64,000 nucleotides of DNA from Proteobacteria bacterium UBA5122. GTDB taxonomy: Bacteria > Pseudomonadota > Gammaproteobacteria > Tenderiales > Tenderiaceae. A model generated the notes under the pieces. The model was given only the letters and a program-made list of their open reading frames with translations, was not told the DNA's origin and ran no database searches. The position numbers were made by a program, and so were the translations under genes. This document shows, piece after piece, positions 8,957 to 18,200 of this stretch; position 1 is the stretch's first letter; every line of letters starts with the position of its first letter. The DNA lies in contig DHYU01000060.1 of assembly GCA_002415485.1 (NCBI GenBank), positions 8,181 to 72,180 of the forward strand, given 5' to 3'.

Positions 8957-9886
8957 TTAGGGCGCTACCTTCGGCAGTTCGTCGGAGAGGATGTCCAGGT
9001 TCGGCTGCATGATGATTTCGATGCGGCGGTTGAGCTGGCGGCCTTCTTCGGTTTCGTTGTCTGCGCGGGGGCGGAATTCACCATAACCCGCAGCGGAGAT
9101 GTTTTCCGGCAGTACGTTCTTCGAGGTCAACAGGTGCACGACCGACAGGGCGCGGGCGGTGGAGAGTTCCCAGTTGCTGGGGAAGCGTGCGGTGTTGATG
9201 GACTTGTTGTCGGTATGTCCTTCCACCTGGAAGCGTCGGTCATTGAACTGACTGAGTACCGCGGCAAGCTGGCTGAGGGCCTTGCTGCCTTCGCTATTGA
9301 GGGTGGCGCTGCCGCTTTCAAACAGGATGTTGTTGGGTAGGTTGATGACGATGCGGCCCTGTTCGATGCTGACGGTGAGTTGGCCGCCGTCGATCATGTC
9401 TTTCAGGCGGTCGATGAATTCGGCGTAGATCTCGTTGCGGCGTTGGGTCTCTGCTTCAATGCTCTTGAGTGCGGCCAGTTGCGCCATGGAGTCTTGAAAG
9501 CCTTGCTGCATGGTGTGTTGTTTGGCCTCCAGGTCGGCCAGTTCCCGATGGGCGGTGTCGACCTGTTGTTTGGTCTGCGCCAGTTCCTGTTCGGTCTTTT
9601 TGATCTTGGCCCAATTGCGCGTTAACTCATCTTCGGCCATGGCGTTGTTGAGCCGGGATTGTTCTAGGTCTTGCTCTTTCTGTTTGATCTCGGCCTGGAT
9701 GCGCGCAATCTCTTGTTCGCTCTCCTTGAGCTGCAGTTGGTTACGGGCGATTTCATCTTGGGCGTTATACAAAGACGCTTGCAGTTCATCCTTCTCGGCC
9801 ACCGCGGCCTCGAACTTGCCGCTGGAGACGCAGGCCGATAGCAGCATGACAGGAAGGATGGCGGCAATACGCATGGGGGTGTTCAT
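8957..9886 (-). CDS. OmpA/MotB-domain lipoprotein with a long coiled coil
   Basis: It has the lipobox 'LLSAC', then ~150 aa of heptad-rich sequence. The C-terminus is an OmpA-like peptidoglycan-binding domain ('VEGHTDN', 'NWELSTARA', 'NRRIEI'). Confidence 0.8.
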   Translation of the reverse strand: MNTPMRIAAILPVMLLSACVSSGKFEAAVAEKDELQASLYNAQDEIARNQLQLKESEQEIARIQAEIKQKEQDLEQSRLNNAMAEDELTRNWAKIKKTEQELAQTKQQVDTAHRELADLEAKQHTMQQGFQDSMAQLAALKSIEAETQRRNEIYAEFIDRLKDMIDGGQLTVSIEQGRIVINLPNNILFESGSATLNSEGSKALSQLAAVLSQFNDRRFQVEGHTDNKSINTARFPSNWELSTARALSVVHLLTSKNVLPENISAAGYGEFRPRADNETEEGRQLNRRIEIIMQPNLDILSDELPKVAP

Positions 9887-10048
9887 AGAATCCTCACAAT
9901 GGAATATGTGTGAAAAAGGGGAGGGGCGATGGAGATGTCCAAACGCCTCGGCGGATATCTATCACAATCCGTTGAGGATAGCATCAGGCTGGAGGGCGGA
10001 ACGGGTGTTTTTTTTGTGTGTGGCGTAGTTGTTAAACAGACACGCACC

Positions 10049-10079
10049 AAAAAACCGCCCACTGAGGCTCGGTGGGCGG
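10049..10079 (-). terminator. rho-independent terminator of pyk
   Basis: On the minus strand the sequence reads CCGCCCAC-loop-GTGGGCGG followed by TTTTTT. It lies 9 nt after the pyk stop. Confidence 0.7.
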
Positions 10080-10087
10080 TCGGCAGG

Positions 10088-11554
10088 CTAGATCGTCAAT
10101 ATCTTCATCACTGGTTCGTTTCTGCTGGGGTCTTCGTTGAAGCCGGAGACCAGCAACACCGTGTGGCCCTTTTGCGTGAGCCTGACCTGGGCGTTGATGG
10201 TTTCGCATAGCTGGCGCCAGTTGTGGGTGTCGGGTTCGTCGACGAGCACCGGCACGACGCCCCAACTGAGGGCCAGCTGGCGGTTGACGGCGCTGTTGGA
10301 GCAGATGCCGATACACGGCGCGACCGGACGGCTGGCGGAGATGATGCGCGCGGTGGTGCCGGAGCGGGTGGGGATGAGGATGCCTTGCAGTTTCAGGTTG
10401 TGGGCGAGGTCGAGGGTGGCACTGGCGACGGCGACGCGAATCGGCATGATGCTGTTGTGGTCGTGGCAGAGGTTGCTTTCGCCGAAGATGCCTTGTCGCC
10501 ATTGGTGGGCCTCGATCTCGCGCAGGATGCGGTCCATGGTCTCGACGGCCATCACCGGGTGTTTGCCGGCGGCGGTCTCGCCGGAGAGCATGACGGCGTC
10601 GGCGCTGGACATGGCGGCGTTGGCGACGTCGCCGACCTCGGCGCGGGTGGGCCGTGAGTTGGTGATCATCGATTCCAGCATCTGGGTGGCGACGATGACC
10701 GGGCGGTTGTGTTGGCGTGCGAGTTTGATCAGCCGTTGTTGCAGCAGTGGTACCTGTTCTGCGGGCACTTCGATGCCGAGATCGCCACGGGCGACCATGA
10801 TGGCGTAGGAGTGCTGCAGAATGGCGTCGATGTTGGCGACGGCCTCGGGTTTTTCGATCTTGGAGATGATGGCGATGTTGGCGCCGTGTTGTTCAAGGAA
10901 GTATTTGAGGCGCAGCACGTCTTCGTGGGTGCGGACAAAACTCAGGGCCAGAAAGTCGGCCTGCAGTTCGATCGCCAGCGCGGCGTCGTGTTGATCCTTT
11001 TCGGTGAACGAACGGGTGCTGAGGTGTGAGTCGGGCAGGTTCATGCCCTTTTTGTTTTTGAGCACGCCGCCGTGCACGACGCGGCAGTGGATGTCGCTGC
11101 CTTCGATGTGCAGGGCGGTCAGTTCGAGGTTGCCGTCATCGAGCAGGATGCGTTCGCCGGGTTTTATGTCGTGGTATAGCTCGTGGTATTGCGAGGGGAT
11201 CAGGCCGGGGCGACCGATGACATCTTCGCAGGTGACGATGACATCGCTGCCGTCGGGCAGCTCGATCTGACCGTCTTCAAATTTGCCGACGCGGATCTTG
11301 GGGCCGCACAGGTCCATGATGATGGCGATGTGTTTTTGGCAGCGGGCGGCGACGTCGCGCACCATCTGCACGCGGGCGCGGTGTTCCTCCGGCTCGCCGT
11401 GCGACATGTTGATGCGGAAGGCGTTGGCGCCGCTGCGGATCAGGCGTTCGATGACCTCGGGCGTATCGCTGGCCGGGCCGAGCGTGGCGATGATTTTGGT
11501 GCGCCGCCAGCGCAGCGCGGCTTCTTGTTCTTTTTCCTGTGTCTGTTCGCTCAT
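10088..11554 (-). CDS. pyk: pyruvate kinase
   Basis: 'RRTKIIATLGPAS', 'FRINMSHG' and 'MVARGDLGIE' motifs. I chose the ATG at 11554, which is preceded by GAGGGAG. Confidence 0.9.
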   Translation of the reverse strand: MSEQTQEKEQEAALRWRRTKIIATLGPASDTPEVIERLIRSGANAFRINMSHGEPEEHRARVQMVRDVAARCQKHIAIIMDLCGPKIRVGKFEDGQIELPDGSDVIVTCEDVIGRPGLIPSQYHELYHDIKPGERILLDDGNLELTALHIEGSDIHCRVVHGGVLKNKKGMNLPDSHLSTRSFTEKDQHDAALAIELQADFLALSFVRTHEDVLRLKYFLEQHGANIAIISKIEKPEAVANIDAILQHSYAIMVARGDLGIEVPAEQVPLLQQRLIKLARQHNRPVIVATQMLESMITNSRPTRAEVGDVANAAMSSADAVMLSGETAAGKHPVMAVETMDRILREIEAHQWRQGIFGESNLCHDHNSIMPIRVAVASATLDLAHNLKLQGILIPTRSGTTARIISASRPVAPCIGICSNSAVNRQLALSWGVVPVLVDEPDTHNWRQLCETINAQVRLTQKGHTVLLVSGFNEDPSRNEPVMKILTI

Positions 11555-11694
11555 TGTGCGGGCTCCCTCGGGTGAATCGGCTGAATGCTGCATACAGTAG
11601 CGGCAACTGGCCGCCTGAATCTATGGTCGGTGACAAATTTTATGGTTTCTTTGTTGCAGGTAGTGCGCTCTGGCCTGGGTGGTATGATCCAGAT

Positions 11695-12522
11695 ATGACG
11701 GCGTGGATGACATATCTGAAACACTTGGGCTGGCTGGCGCTGATGCTGCTGATCGGCGGCTGCGCCAATCACAGTCAGTTTATTGCCGCCGAGCCGGTGT
11801 TGCCGCTGGATGCCAATAGCATCGTGCTGATCTATAACCACGGCTCCGGGCAGGAGTTCAGCCACGATCAGTGCCGCCCGAATGGTTTGACGACGCCGCG
11901 GGTGGTAAAGCAGTTGGCGCAGGCGCGCATCGCAGAGCGGCCTGTGGTGGTGTATGGCCTGTGCTTTCAGCGCTGGGGTGATTATCGCCATCACGACCGC
12001 GAGGGTGAACCGAAGGTGGTGAAGCGGGCCAAGGCGATCGAAGAGACGGTGCGCCGTTTTCAGCAACAGGGCATTGCGCCGGGGCGGATCTTTTTGGTCG
12101 GCCACTCGGCCGGGGCCTGGGCATCGTTGCTGGTGGTGCGGCGGGCCGAGGTGGTGGTGGCAGGGGTGATCGGTTTTGCGCCGGCCTTTGCCGGGCCGGC
12201 GGCGAATCGCAGTGAAGGTTGGCTGGCCTTGCGTGAGGCGCAGGTGGAATATTTGATGCAGGCGCCGCAGATCGAGGCGCTGATCTACGCCTTCGAGGGC
12301 GATGCCTTTAATCCGCCCGAGGCCTTGGCGTTTTTACAGGAGATCGATGGGGTGCAATTGCGGGCGCTGGCGGCGGATGAGATCGACGGCCGGCCTTGCG
12401 GCGGCCTATGGGGTGGCAACAGTCATCGCACGGCGTTTGATGATTGTTTTGCCGACACACAGTATGAGCAGATCGTCGACTATATCGAGTCGCGGCTGAG
12501 GAGGGATGATGGAGGTGTATAA
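11695..12522 (+). CDS. alpha/beta-hydrolase lipoprotein
   Basis: It has a signal/lipobox 'LMLLIGGCANH' and the nucleophile elbow 'GHSAGAW'. I placed the start at the in-frame ATG at 11695. Confidence 0.6.
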   Translation: MTAWMTYLKHLGWLALMLLIGGCANHSQFIAAEPVLPLDANSIVLIYNHGSGQEFSHDQCRPNGLTTPRVVKQLAQARIAERPVVVYGLCFQRWGDYRHHDREGEPKVVKRAKAIEETVRRFQQQGIAPGRIFLVGHSAGAWASLLVVRRAEVVVAGVIGFAPAFAGPAANRSEGWLALREAQVEYLMQAPQIEALIYAFEGDAFNPPEALAFLQEIDGVQLRALAADEIDGRPCGGLWGGNSHRTAFDDCFADTQYEQIVDYIESRLRRDDGGV

Positions 12523-13969
12523 CCTGCGCCAGCGGATCGGCCTGGGCCTGGGGCCGTTGTTGTGTCTGCTGCTGTTGCTGTTGCCAACACCCGAGGGCAT
12601 GAGCGCCAGCGCGATGGCGGTGGCGGCGGTAACGCTGTGGATGGCGACGTGGTGGATCAGCGAGGCGATCCCGATCCCGGCGACGGCGCTGTTGCCGATT
12701 GCCTTGTTTCCGTTGCTGGAGGTGATGCCGACGGCGAAGGTGACGGCGGCCTACGGCAATCATCTGATCTTTCTGTTTATGGGCGGCTTTTTGATTGCGG
12801 TGGCGATCGAGAAGTGGAATCTGCACAAACGCATCGCGCTGCATACGGTGCGCCTGATCGGTGTGACGCCGAATCGGGTGATCCTTGGATTTATGATTGC
12901 GACTGCGTTTTTGTCGTGCTGGATCAGCAATACCGCAACGGCGATGTTGATGGTGACGATCGGCATGGCGGTGTTGCGCCAGTTGAGCAATCAACCGGCC
13001 AATGATGGCGGCGAGTCGGTGCAGGGCAGTGCGTTTGGTACGGCGCTGATGTTGGGCATCGCCTATGCGGCATCGATCGGCGGTGTCGCGACGCTGATCG
13101 GCACGCCGCCGAATGCGATCCTGGCCGGTGTGGTCGAGAAACAATACGGTTACACGATCGGCTTTGGGGAGTGGATGTTGTTCGCGGCGCCGTTGTCGGT
13201 GGTGATGTTGGCGTTGACCTGGTTTTATCTCACGCGCTTTGCGTTTCCTAACGATATGCCAACCTTGCCGGGCGGGCGCAAAGTGATCACTGAACAGCTG
13301 CATGCGCTGGGGCCGATGAGCCGTCAGGAAAAACAGGTATTGGCGGTGTTTATGTTCGTGGTCTGCGCGTGGTTGTTTCGTGGGCTGTTGGATGTGGCGT
13401 GGTTGAGCGAGGTGACGGATTCGAGTGTCGCGATCATGGGCGCCTTGCTGTTGTTCATGATCCCGGCCGATTGGCGCAAGGGTGAGTTTCTGCTCGATTG
13501 GCGCACGGCGGTGAAGATCCCGTGGGACATCATTCTGTTGTTCGGTGGTGGCTTTGCCTTGGCCGCTGGCTTTGCCGCCAGCGGGCTGACTGAGTGGATG
13601 GGCACACAGCTCGAATTCCTGCAGGGTGCACCGTTGCTGGTGTTGGTGCTGGCGGTGGTGGCGCTGGTGATCTTTCTGACGGAGGTCACGTCGAACACCG
13701 CCACGGCATCGTTGTTGCTGCCGGTGATGGCGGGTTTTGCGCTGGCGACGGATTCACCGCCGCTGGTGCTGATGGGCGCTGTGGCGCTGGCGGCCTCGTT
13801 TGCCTTTATGCTGCCGGTGGCAACGCCGCCGAATGCCATCGTGTTTTCCAGTCGGCAGGTGACCATTCCGCAGATGGCCAAGGCGGGCTTGTGGTTGAAC
13901 CTGATCGGCATCGTGTTGATTACGGCGTTTGTGGTGTATCTGTTGCCGTGGTTTTTGAAATTGAATTGA
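12506..13969 (+). CDS. DASS/SLC13-family Na+-coupled anion symporter
   Basis: 487 aa, polytopic. It has the duplicated 'SNTAT(A)' hairpin motifs ('WISNTATAMLM', 'EVTSNTATASLL') and 'GTPPN/ATPPN'. Confidence 0.85.
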   Translation: MMEVYNLRQRIGLGLGPLLCLLLLLLPTPEGMSASAMAVAAVTLWMATWWISEAIPIPATALLPIALFPLLEVMPTAKVTAAYGNHLIFLFMGGFLIAVAIEKWNLHKRIALHTVRLIGVTPNRVILGFMIATAFLSCWISNTATAMLMVTIGMAVLRQLSNQPANDGGESVQGSAFGTALMLGIAYAASIGGVATLIGTPPNAILAGVVEKQYGYTIGFGEWMLFAAPLSVVMLALTWFYLTRFAFPNDMPTLPGGRKVITEQLHALGPMSRQEKQVLAVFMFVVCAWLFRGLLDVAWLSEVTDSSVAIMGALLLFMIPADWRKGEFLLDWRTAVKIPWDIILLFGGGFALAAGFAASGLTEWMGTQLEFLQGAPLLVLVLAVVALVIFLTEVTSNTATASLLLPVMAGFALATDSPPLVLMGAVALAASFAFMLPVATPPNAIVFSSRQVTIPQMAKAGLWLNLIGIVLITAFVVYLLPWFLKLN

Positions 13970-13973
13970 GTGG

Positions 13974-15161
13974 ATGCGTATGTCGATCCTGGATGCACAA
14001 TTTGTCTTGCCCGATTATCGCGGTCGCAGTCTGGTCAATCTGATGGCCTCGATCAAGGCGGCGCGTAGCGGTGAGCAAGGATTTTATGATGTGTTGAACG
14101 ATCTGCCGCTGGCGACGTTGCGCGATGCGCAGAATGTAGTGCTGCTGATGATCGATGGTCTGGGTTACGACTATTTATGTTCACAAGGCAAGGGCAGTGA
14201 GATACACGCCGCACTGCGCGGCAATATGCACGCGGTGGCGCCACCGACGACGGCGAGCGCGGTGTCGACCTTTCTCACCGGCGATGCGCCGCAACAGCAT
14301 GGTGTGACGGGCTGGTTCACGTGGATGCGCGAGCTGGGCAGTGTGGTCACCGTGCTGCCGTTTCAATTGCGTGCTGGACGTTGCAGTCTGGACGCATCAC
14401 CGCTGACGCCGCGGCAGTTGTTTGGTCATCGCCCCATCTTTGATCTGCTGGAAGACGAATGCTATTCACTGATGCCGGACTGGTTGTCGGAATCGGCATT
14501 CAATCGTGATCACCTGGGCAAGGCCCAATTGATATTGCATAAAGGGATCGATGATTATTTTGCCAAGGTGGTGGAGACGGTGCAGTCGTCCAGTGCGCGT
14601 AAATACATCTATGCCTATTGGCCCAGCTTTGACGCGATTGCCCATGACTCGGGTGTGGCGAGCAAAAAAACAGCGGAACATTTCGCCCGTTTGGATGAGG
14701 GCTTCGCCAAATTGCAGCAGGCGCTGAGTGGTACAAACACCTTGCTGCTGTTGACGTCGGATCACGGCTTTATCGATACCACGGCGGAGAGCCGGTTGCT
14801 GATCAATGATCACCCAGCGCTGCTTGATTGTTTGCAATTGCCGTTATGCGGTGAGCCACGTATGGCCTACGCCTATGTGCGTGACAACAGGCACCAGTGC
14901 TTTGTTGATTATGTGCAGGCGCATCTGGCTTTTGCGGTGGATTTACATAAGGGGGAGGAATTAATCGCCCTCGGTATGTATGGTCTGGGTGTGCCTCATC
15001 CTGAATTGCATGCGCGTGTGGGCGATTATGTGATGGTGATGAAAGATCAATATATCTTGACCCAGACCCTGCCAGGCGAGCGGGGAATGAGCATGATTGG
15101 TCAGCACGGGGGCTTGAGTGCGGCCGAAGTAGAAGTGCCTTTGGTGATGACTGTTTGCTGA
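13974..15161 (+). CDS. alkaline-phosphatase-superfamily nucleotide pyrophosphatase/phosphodiesterase-like enzyme
   Basis: It has 'LLMIDGLGYD', a nucleophile region 'PPTTASAVSTFLTGDAPQQHGVTGW' and 'LLLTSDHGF'. Confidence 0.75.
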   Translation: MRMSILDAQFVLPDYRGRSLVNLMASIKAARSGEQGFYDVLNDLPLATLRDAQNVVLLMIDGLGYDYLCSQGKGSEIHAALRGNMHAVAPPTTASAVSTFLTGDAPQQHGVTGWFTWMRELGSVVTVLPFQLRAGRCSLDASPLTPRQLFGHRPIFDLLEDECYSLMPDWLSESAFNRDHLGKAQLILHKGIDDYFAKVVETVQSSSARKYIYAYWPSFDAIAHDSGVASKKTAEHFARLDEGFAKLQQALSGTNTLLLLTSDHGFIDTTAESRLLINDHPALLDCLQLPLCGEPRMAYAYVRDNRHQCFVDYVQAHLAFAVDLHKGEELIALGMYGLGVPHPELHARVGDYVMVMKDQYILTQTLPGERGMSMIGQHGGLSAAEVEVPLVMTVC

Positions 15162-15460
15162 CAAACACAAGCTGTCTATATCGTTGTTAGTGTCATCAAT
15201 ATCCATATTCAAATTCATTAAATGTCCTTGGTTTTTCTATCTAGTCTGTAGTGTTGGATAGGTACTGATACATTGCCGGTATAACCCCTATTTAAACATC
15301 TAAAAACCATGGCGGAATTTTTAAGTTGTTGCTTTTATAAGGGGTGTTTTGACTGGGCTGCTCTCTCAAAAAACATAGGAATTTTCTGGATAAAGTGTGA
15401 CTGTGATGCGCCGTTATCCTGAAAGTGTTTTGTCCTATTTTCATCAAAAAGACCGCATAA

Positions 15461-16300
15461 TTGATTATGAAAAAAAACATCCTAAGGAAGGTGATCTTGT
15501 GCGCTGTAATGTTGGCTTGGATGCCGGCAATTTTGCATGCGAACGAACAGGTCTATACCGTGGGTGTTGTGCCTCAGTTTGAGGCGAAGCGCACCCATGA
15601 AATATGGCGCCCAATACTGGATAAGATCGAAGACGAGACTGGGTTGAAACTCACGTTGATCGGCGCGCCGACAATCCCTGTCTTTGAGAAAGAATTTGCT
15701 GAAGGGGCCTTCGACTTTGTTTACATGAATCCATATCACATCCTGATGGCAAATGAATCCCAAGGTTATCTGCCATTGGTACGGGATGTGGGGCGCAAAC
15801 TGAATGGTGTGTTGGTCGTCAGGAAGGGGAGCTATGCCTCGCCGGAGCAATTGGATGGAAAGGTGATTGCGTTTCCAGCACCTAATGCACTTGGTGCATC
15901 GTTAGTGATGCGTGCCGATTTAGAGAATCTGTTTAACATTAAATTTCAACCGCAATATGTAAAGACGCATAGCTCAGTGTATTTGAATGTCGCGCTGGGT
16001 AGGGCTGAGGCTGGTGGTGGTGTGCAAAAGACATTATCTCAACAGCCACGTCATGTCAGAGATGCATTGGAAGTGATCTATGAAACCCGAAAAGTTGCCC
16101 CTCATCCGTTTAGCGTCCATCCTCGTGTCAGTGACGACGTGAGTCACCGTGTTCAAGCAGCTCTATTAAATATAAGTAGAACAGACTCGGGGCGAGAGTT
16201 GCTGAAAGAAGTTCCTATACGTGAGATAGGTGTGGCGAGTCTGGAAGATTATTTCCCGATTCGGGAGATGGGCCTGGAGCGCCTTTATGTTAATGAGTGA
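15461..16300 (+). CDS. PhnD-family (phosphonate/phosphite-type) periplasmic binding protein, no cognate ABC permease or ATPase nearby
   Basis: It has a signal peptide. 'YTVGVVPQF' and 'LDGKVIAFPAPNALGASL' follow the PhnD-like pattern. It sits directly upstream of a histidine kinase. Confidence 0.75.
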   Translation: MIMKKNILRKVILCAVMLAWMPAILHANEQVYTVGVVPQFEAKRTHEIWRPILDKIEDETGLKLTLIGAPTIPVFEKEFAEGAFDFVYMNPYHILMANESQGYLPLVRDVGRKLNGVLVVRKGSYASPEQLDGKVIAFPAPNALGASLVMRADLENLFNIKFQPQYVKTHSSVYLNVALGRAEAGGGVQKTLSQQPRHVRDALEVIYETRKVAPHPFSVHPRVSDDVSHRVQAALLNISRTDSGRELLKEVPIREIGVASLEDYFPIREMGLERLYVNE

Positions 16301-16327
16301 TGAGTATTTATATTTATTAGTTGAATT

Positions 16328-18064
16328 ATGAGTGTAAACGCTAAAATTCTGTTGCCGATAATTCTCGGTTTTATTGCGATCACCAGTATCGTCCATCTTT
16401 GGTGGGGGCCGGCGCTGATGGAGCGCGAGCGTGAGCGGCTGATTCATAATAATAATATGTCGATTTCCATGTTGCAGGCACCTGTTTCGCACGCCCTTAT
16501 GTCGGGTGATCTGGCAGAGGTGTATAGTTTGTTAAATGAAGTGAAGAACCTGCATGGCGATGATGTCGCGCAAGTACATCTGGTTGATGCCAAGGGGGTA
16601 AGGATATATCCATTCAAGGAGCAGGAGCCTTTATTTGGAGAGTTTTATATCGCAATGGATTTCCCTCTCGAAAATTATACGTTTCCGGTTGGTCTGTTGA
16701 CGGTAGTATTTGATATTGAATCAGATCTTAAGACGGAGCTTAAAAGTATTCAAAGGCTGGAAATATACATCAGCAGCATTATGGGGTTGATCGCACTATT
16801 TTCAGCGGTTTGGTTTAACGCCTATATTCGCCGGCCATTGCTGCGACTACAGTGTGCGGCGACTCAAATGGCCAATGGTGAGTTTAATGTAAATCTCCAA
16901 CCAGGAAAGAGCTATGGGGATGAAATTTCAGTACTGACTGATGCGTTCTTGACGATGCGGGACAATCTGTCCGTTGCCTATGATGATCTGAATAGTGCGG
17001 CACAAAATGCGAGGGATAACGAGCTCAGGCAGCGTACTATTTTAAGTAACGTGGCAGATGGTATTTTGTTGGTCGATGAGAAAAAGAGAATCGTTTATGT
17101 CAACTTGTCCGTTGAGCGTTTGTTTCAGTTGGATAGAGATTCTCTTATCGGTCAGCAGTTCGATCTATTGTTTGCCGAGCCATTGGCGTTAAATTTAGTT
17201 GTGCGTGGATATGAAGGACAGACATTTGAGTCGATGGGGGTGCGGAGTGGAGCGGAGACTTTTCCCTTGGAGCTATCGGCAAACTCGGTGGAGATCGATG
17301 GTGAGCGTGTGTTTGTTGTCATTCTGCGGGATATTAGCGAGCGTAAGCGTGTCGATAAAATGAAATCGGAATTCGTATCTACCGTGAGTCATGAGTTGCG
17401 TACGCCGTTGACCTCGATGCGAGGGGCGTTGTCATTGATGAAAGGTGGAGTGGTCGGTGTTTTGCCGCCCGAGGCACAGAAGTTGGTTGAACTTTCCTCG
17501 CGCAATGCAGAAAGATTGTTGTTTTTAGTCAATGATATTCTCGATATGCAAAAGATCGAGTCTGGTGAGATGGAGCTGCATAGCGTTGACGTTGATGTGT
17601 CTTCGATATTGCGCCAGGCGGCGGAAGACTGTGCAGGTTATGCAAAGCAGTGTTTGGTGGTGTTTGATATCCAGGATGAATGTTCCGCACGGGTGCAGGC
17701 CGATCCAGATCGTTTGATGCAGGTTGTCGTAAATCTGTTGTCCAATGCCGCCAAGTTTTCCCATGAAGGGGGTGTTGTTGAGATCGGGTGTCGTCAATTG
17801 AATGCAGAAGTCCAAATCTATGTCCGTGATTATGGTAGTGGTATTGATGAGGCATTTTTGCCACGCTTGTTTGACAAGTTTACCCAGGGGGATTCATCCG
17901 ATTCGCGCCATGCAGAGGGTACCGGTTTGGGTTTGGCCATTACGAAGGTGCTCGTAGAGAAACAATGTGGGCGGATTGAGGTCGAGACTCAGGTGGGTGT
18001 AGGTAGTACGTTTTATCTGTATTTCCCTATCATGGTTGAGAAACAACGCGCACTATCGCCTTAA
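16328..18064 (+). CDS. sensor histidine kinase (TM - sensor - TM - HAMP - PAS - HisKA - HATPase_c)
   Basis: It has the H-box 'VSHELRTPLTS', the N/G boxes 'LLSNAAKF' and 'GTGLGLAI', and two TM helices flanking a ~130-aa sensor domain. Confidence 0.9.
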   Translation: MSVNAKILLPIILGFIAITSIVHLWWGPALMERERERLIHNNNMSISMLQAPVSHALMSGDLAEVYSLLNEVKNLHGDDVAQVHLVDAKGVRIYPFKEQEPLFGEFYIAMDFPLENYTFPVGLLTVVFDIESDLKTELKSIQRLEIYISSIMGLIALFSAVWFNAYIRRPLLRLQCAATQMANGEFNVNLQPGKSYGDEISVLTDAFLTMRDNLSVAYDDLNSAAQNARDNELRQRTILSNVADGILLVDEKKRIVYVNLSVERLFQLDRDSLIGQQFDLLFAEPLALNLVVRGYEGQTFESMGVRSGAETFPLELSANSVEIDGERVFVVILRDISERKRVDKMKSEFVSTVSHELRTPLTSMRGALSLMKGGVVGVLPPEAQKLVELSSRNAERLLFLVNDILDMQKIESGEMELHSVDVDVSSILRQAAEDCAGYAKQCLVVFDIQDECSARVQADPDRLMQVVVNLLSNAAKFSHEGGVVEIGCRQLNAEVQIYVRDYGSGIDEAFLPRLFDKFTQGDSSDSRHAEGTGLGLAITKVLVEKQCGRIEVETQVGVGSTFYLYFPIMVEKQRALSP

Positions 18065-18115
18065 TCGACATCACTTGATCCGCTGTCATAGTGGGTATAT
18101 GGATGCCGGTTCTAC

Positions 18116-18129
18116 ATCGATATATCGAT
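18116..18129. promoter_or_regulatory. perfect 14-bp palindrome ATCGATATATCGAT upstream of the sigma54-activator gene
   Basis: The sequence is exactly self-complementary and lies 72 nt upstream of the ATG at 18201. Its function is unknown. Confidence 0.3.
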
Positions 18130-18200
18130 TTCGGTTGAGATTTTCCTGGTATCGCCTTTAACATCTGTGCTCATCAGCAGTCAGTGAGAGTGCGTGTTAC

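Noticed and set aside
12308-13303. 331-aa minus-strand ORF, extremely Arg/His/Gln/Pro-rich.
   Set aside because: It lies antisense inside the well-supported DASS transporter gene. Its composition is typical of a shadow ORF in high-GC DNA.
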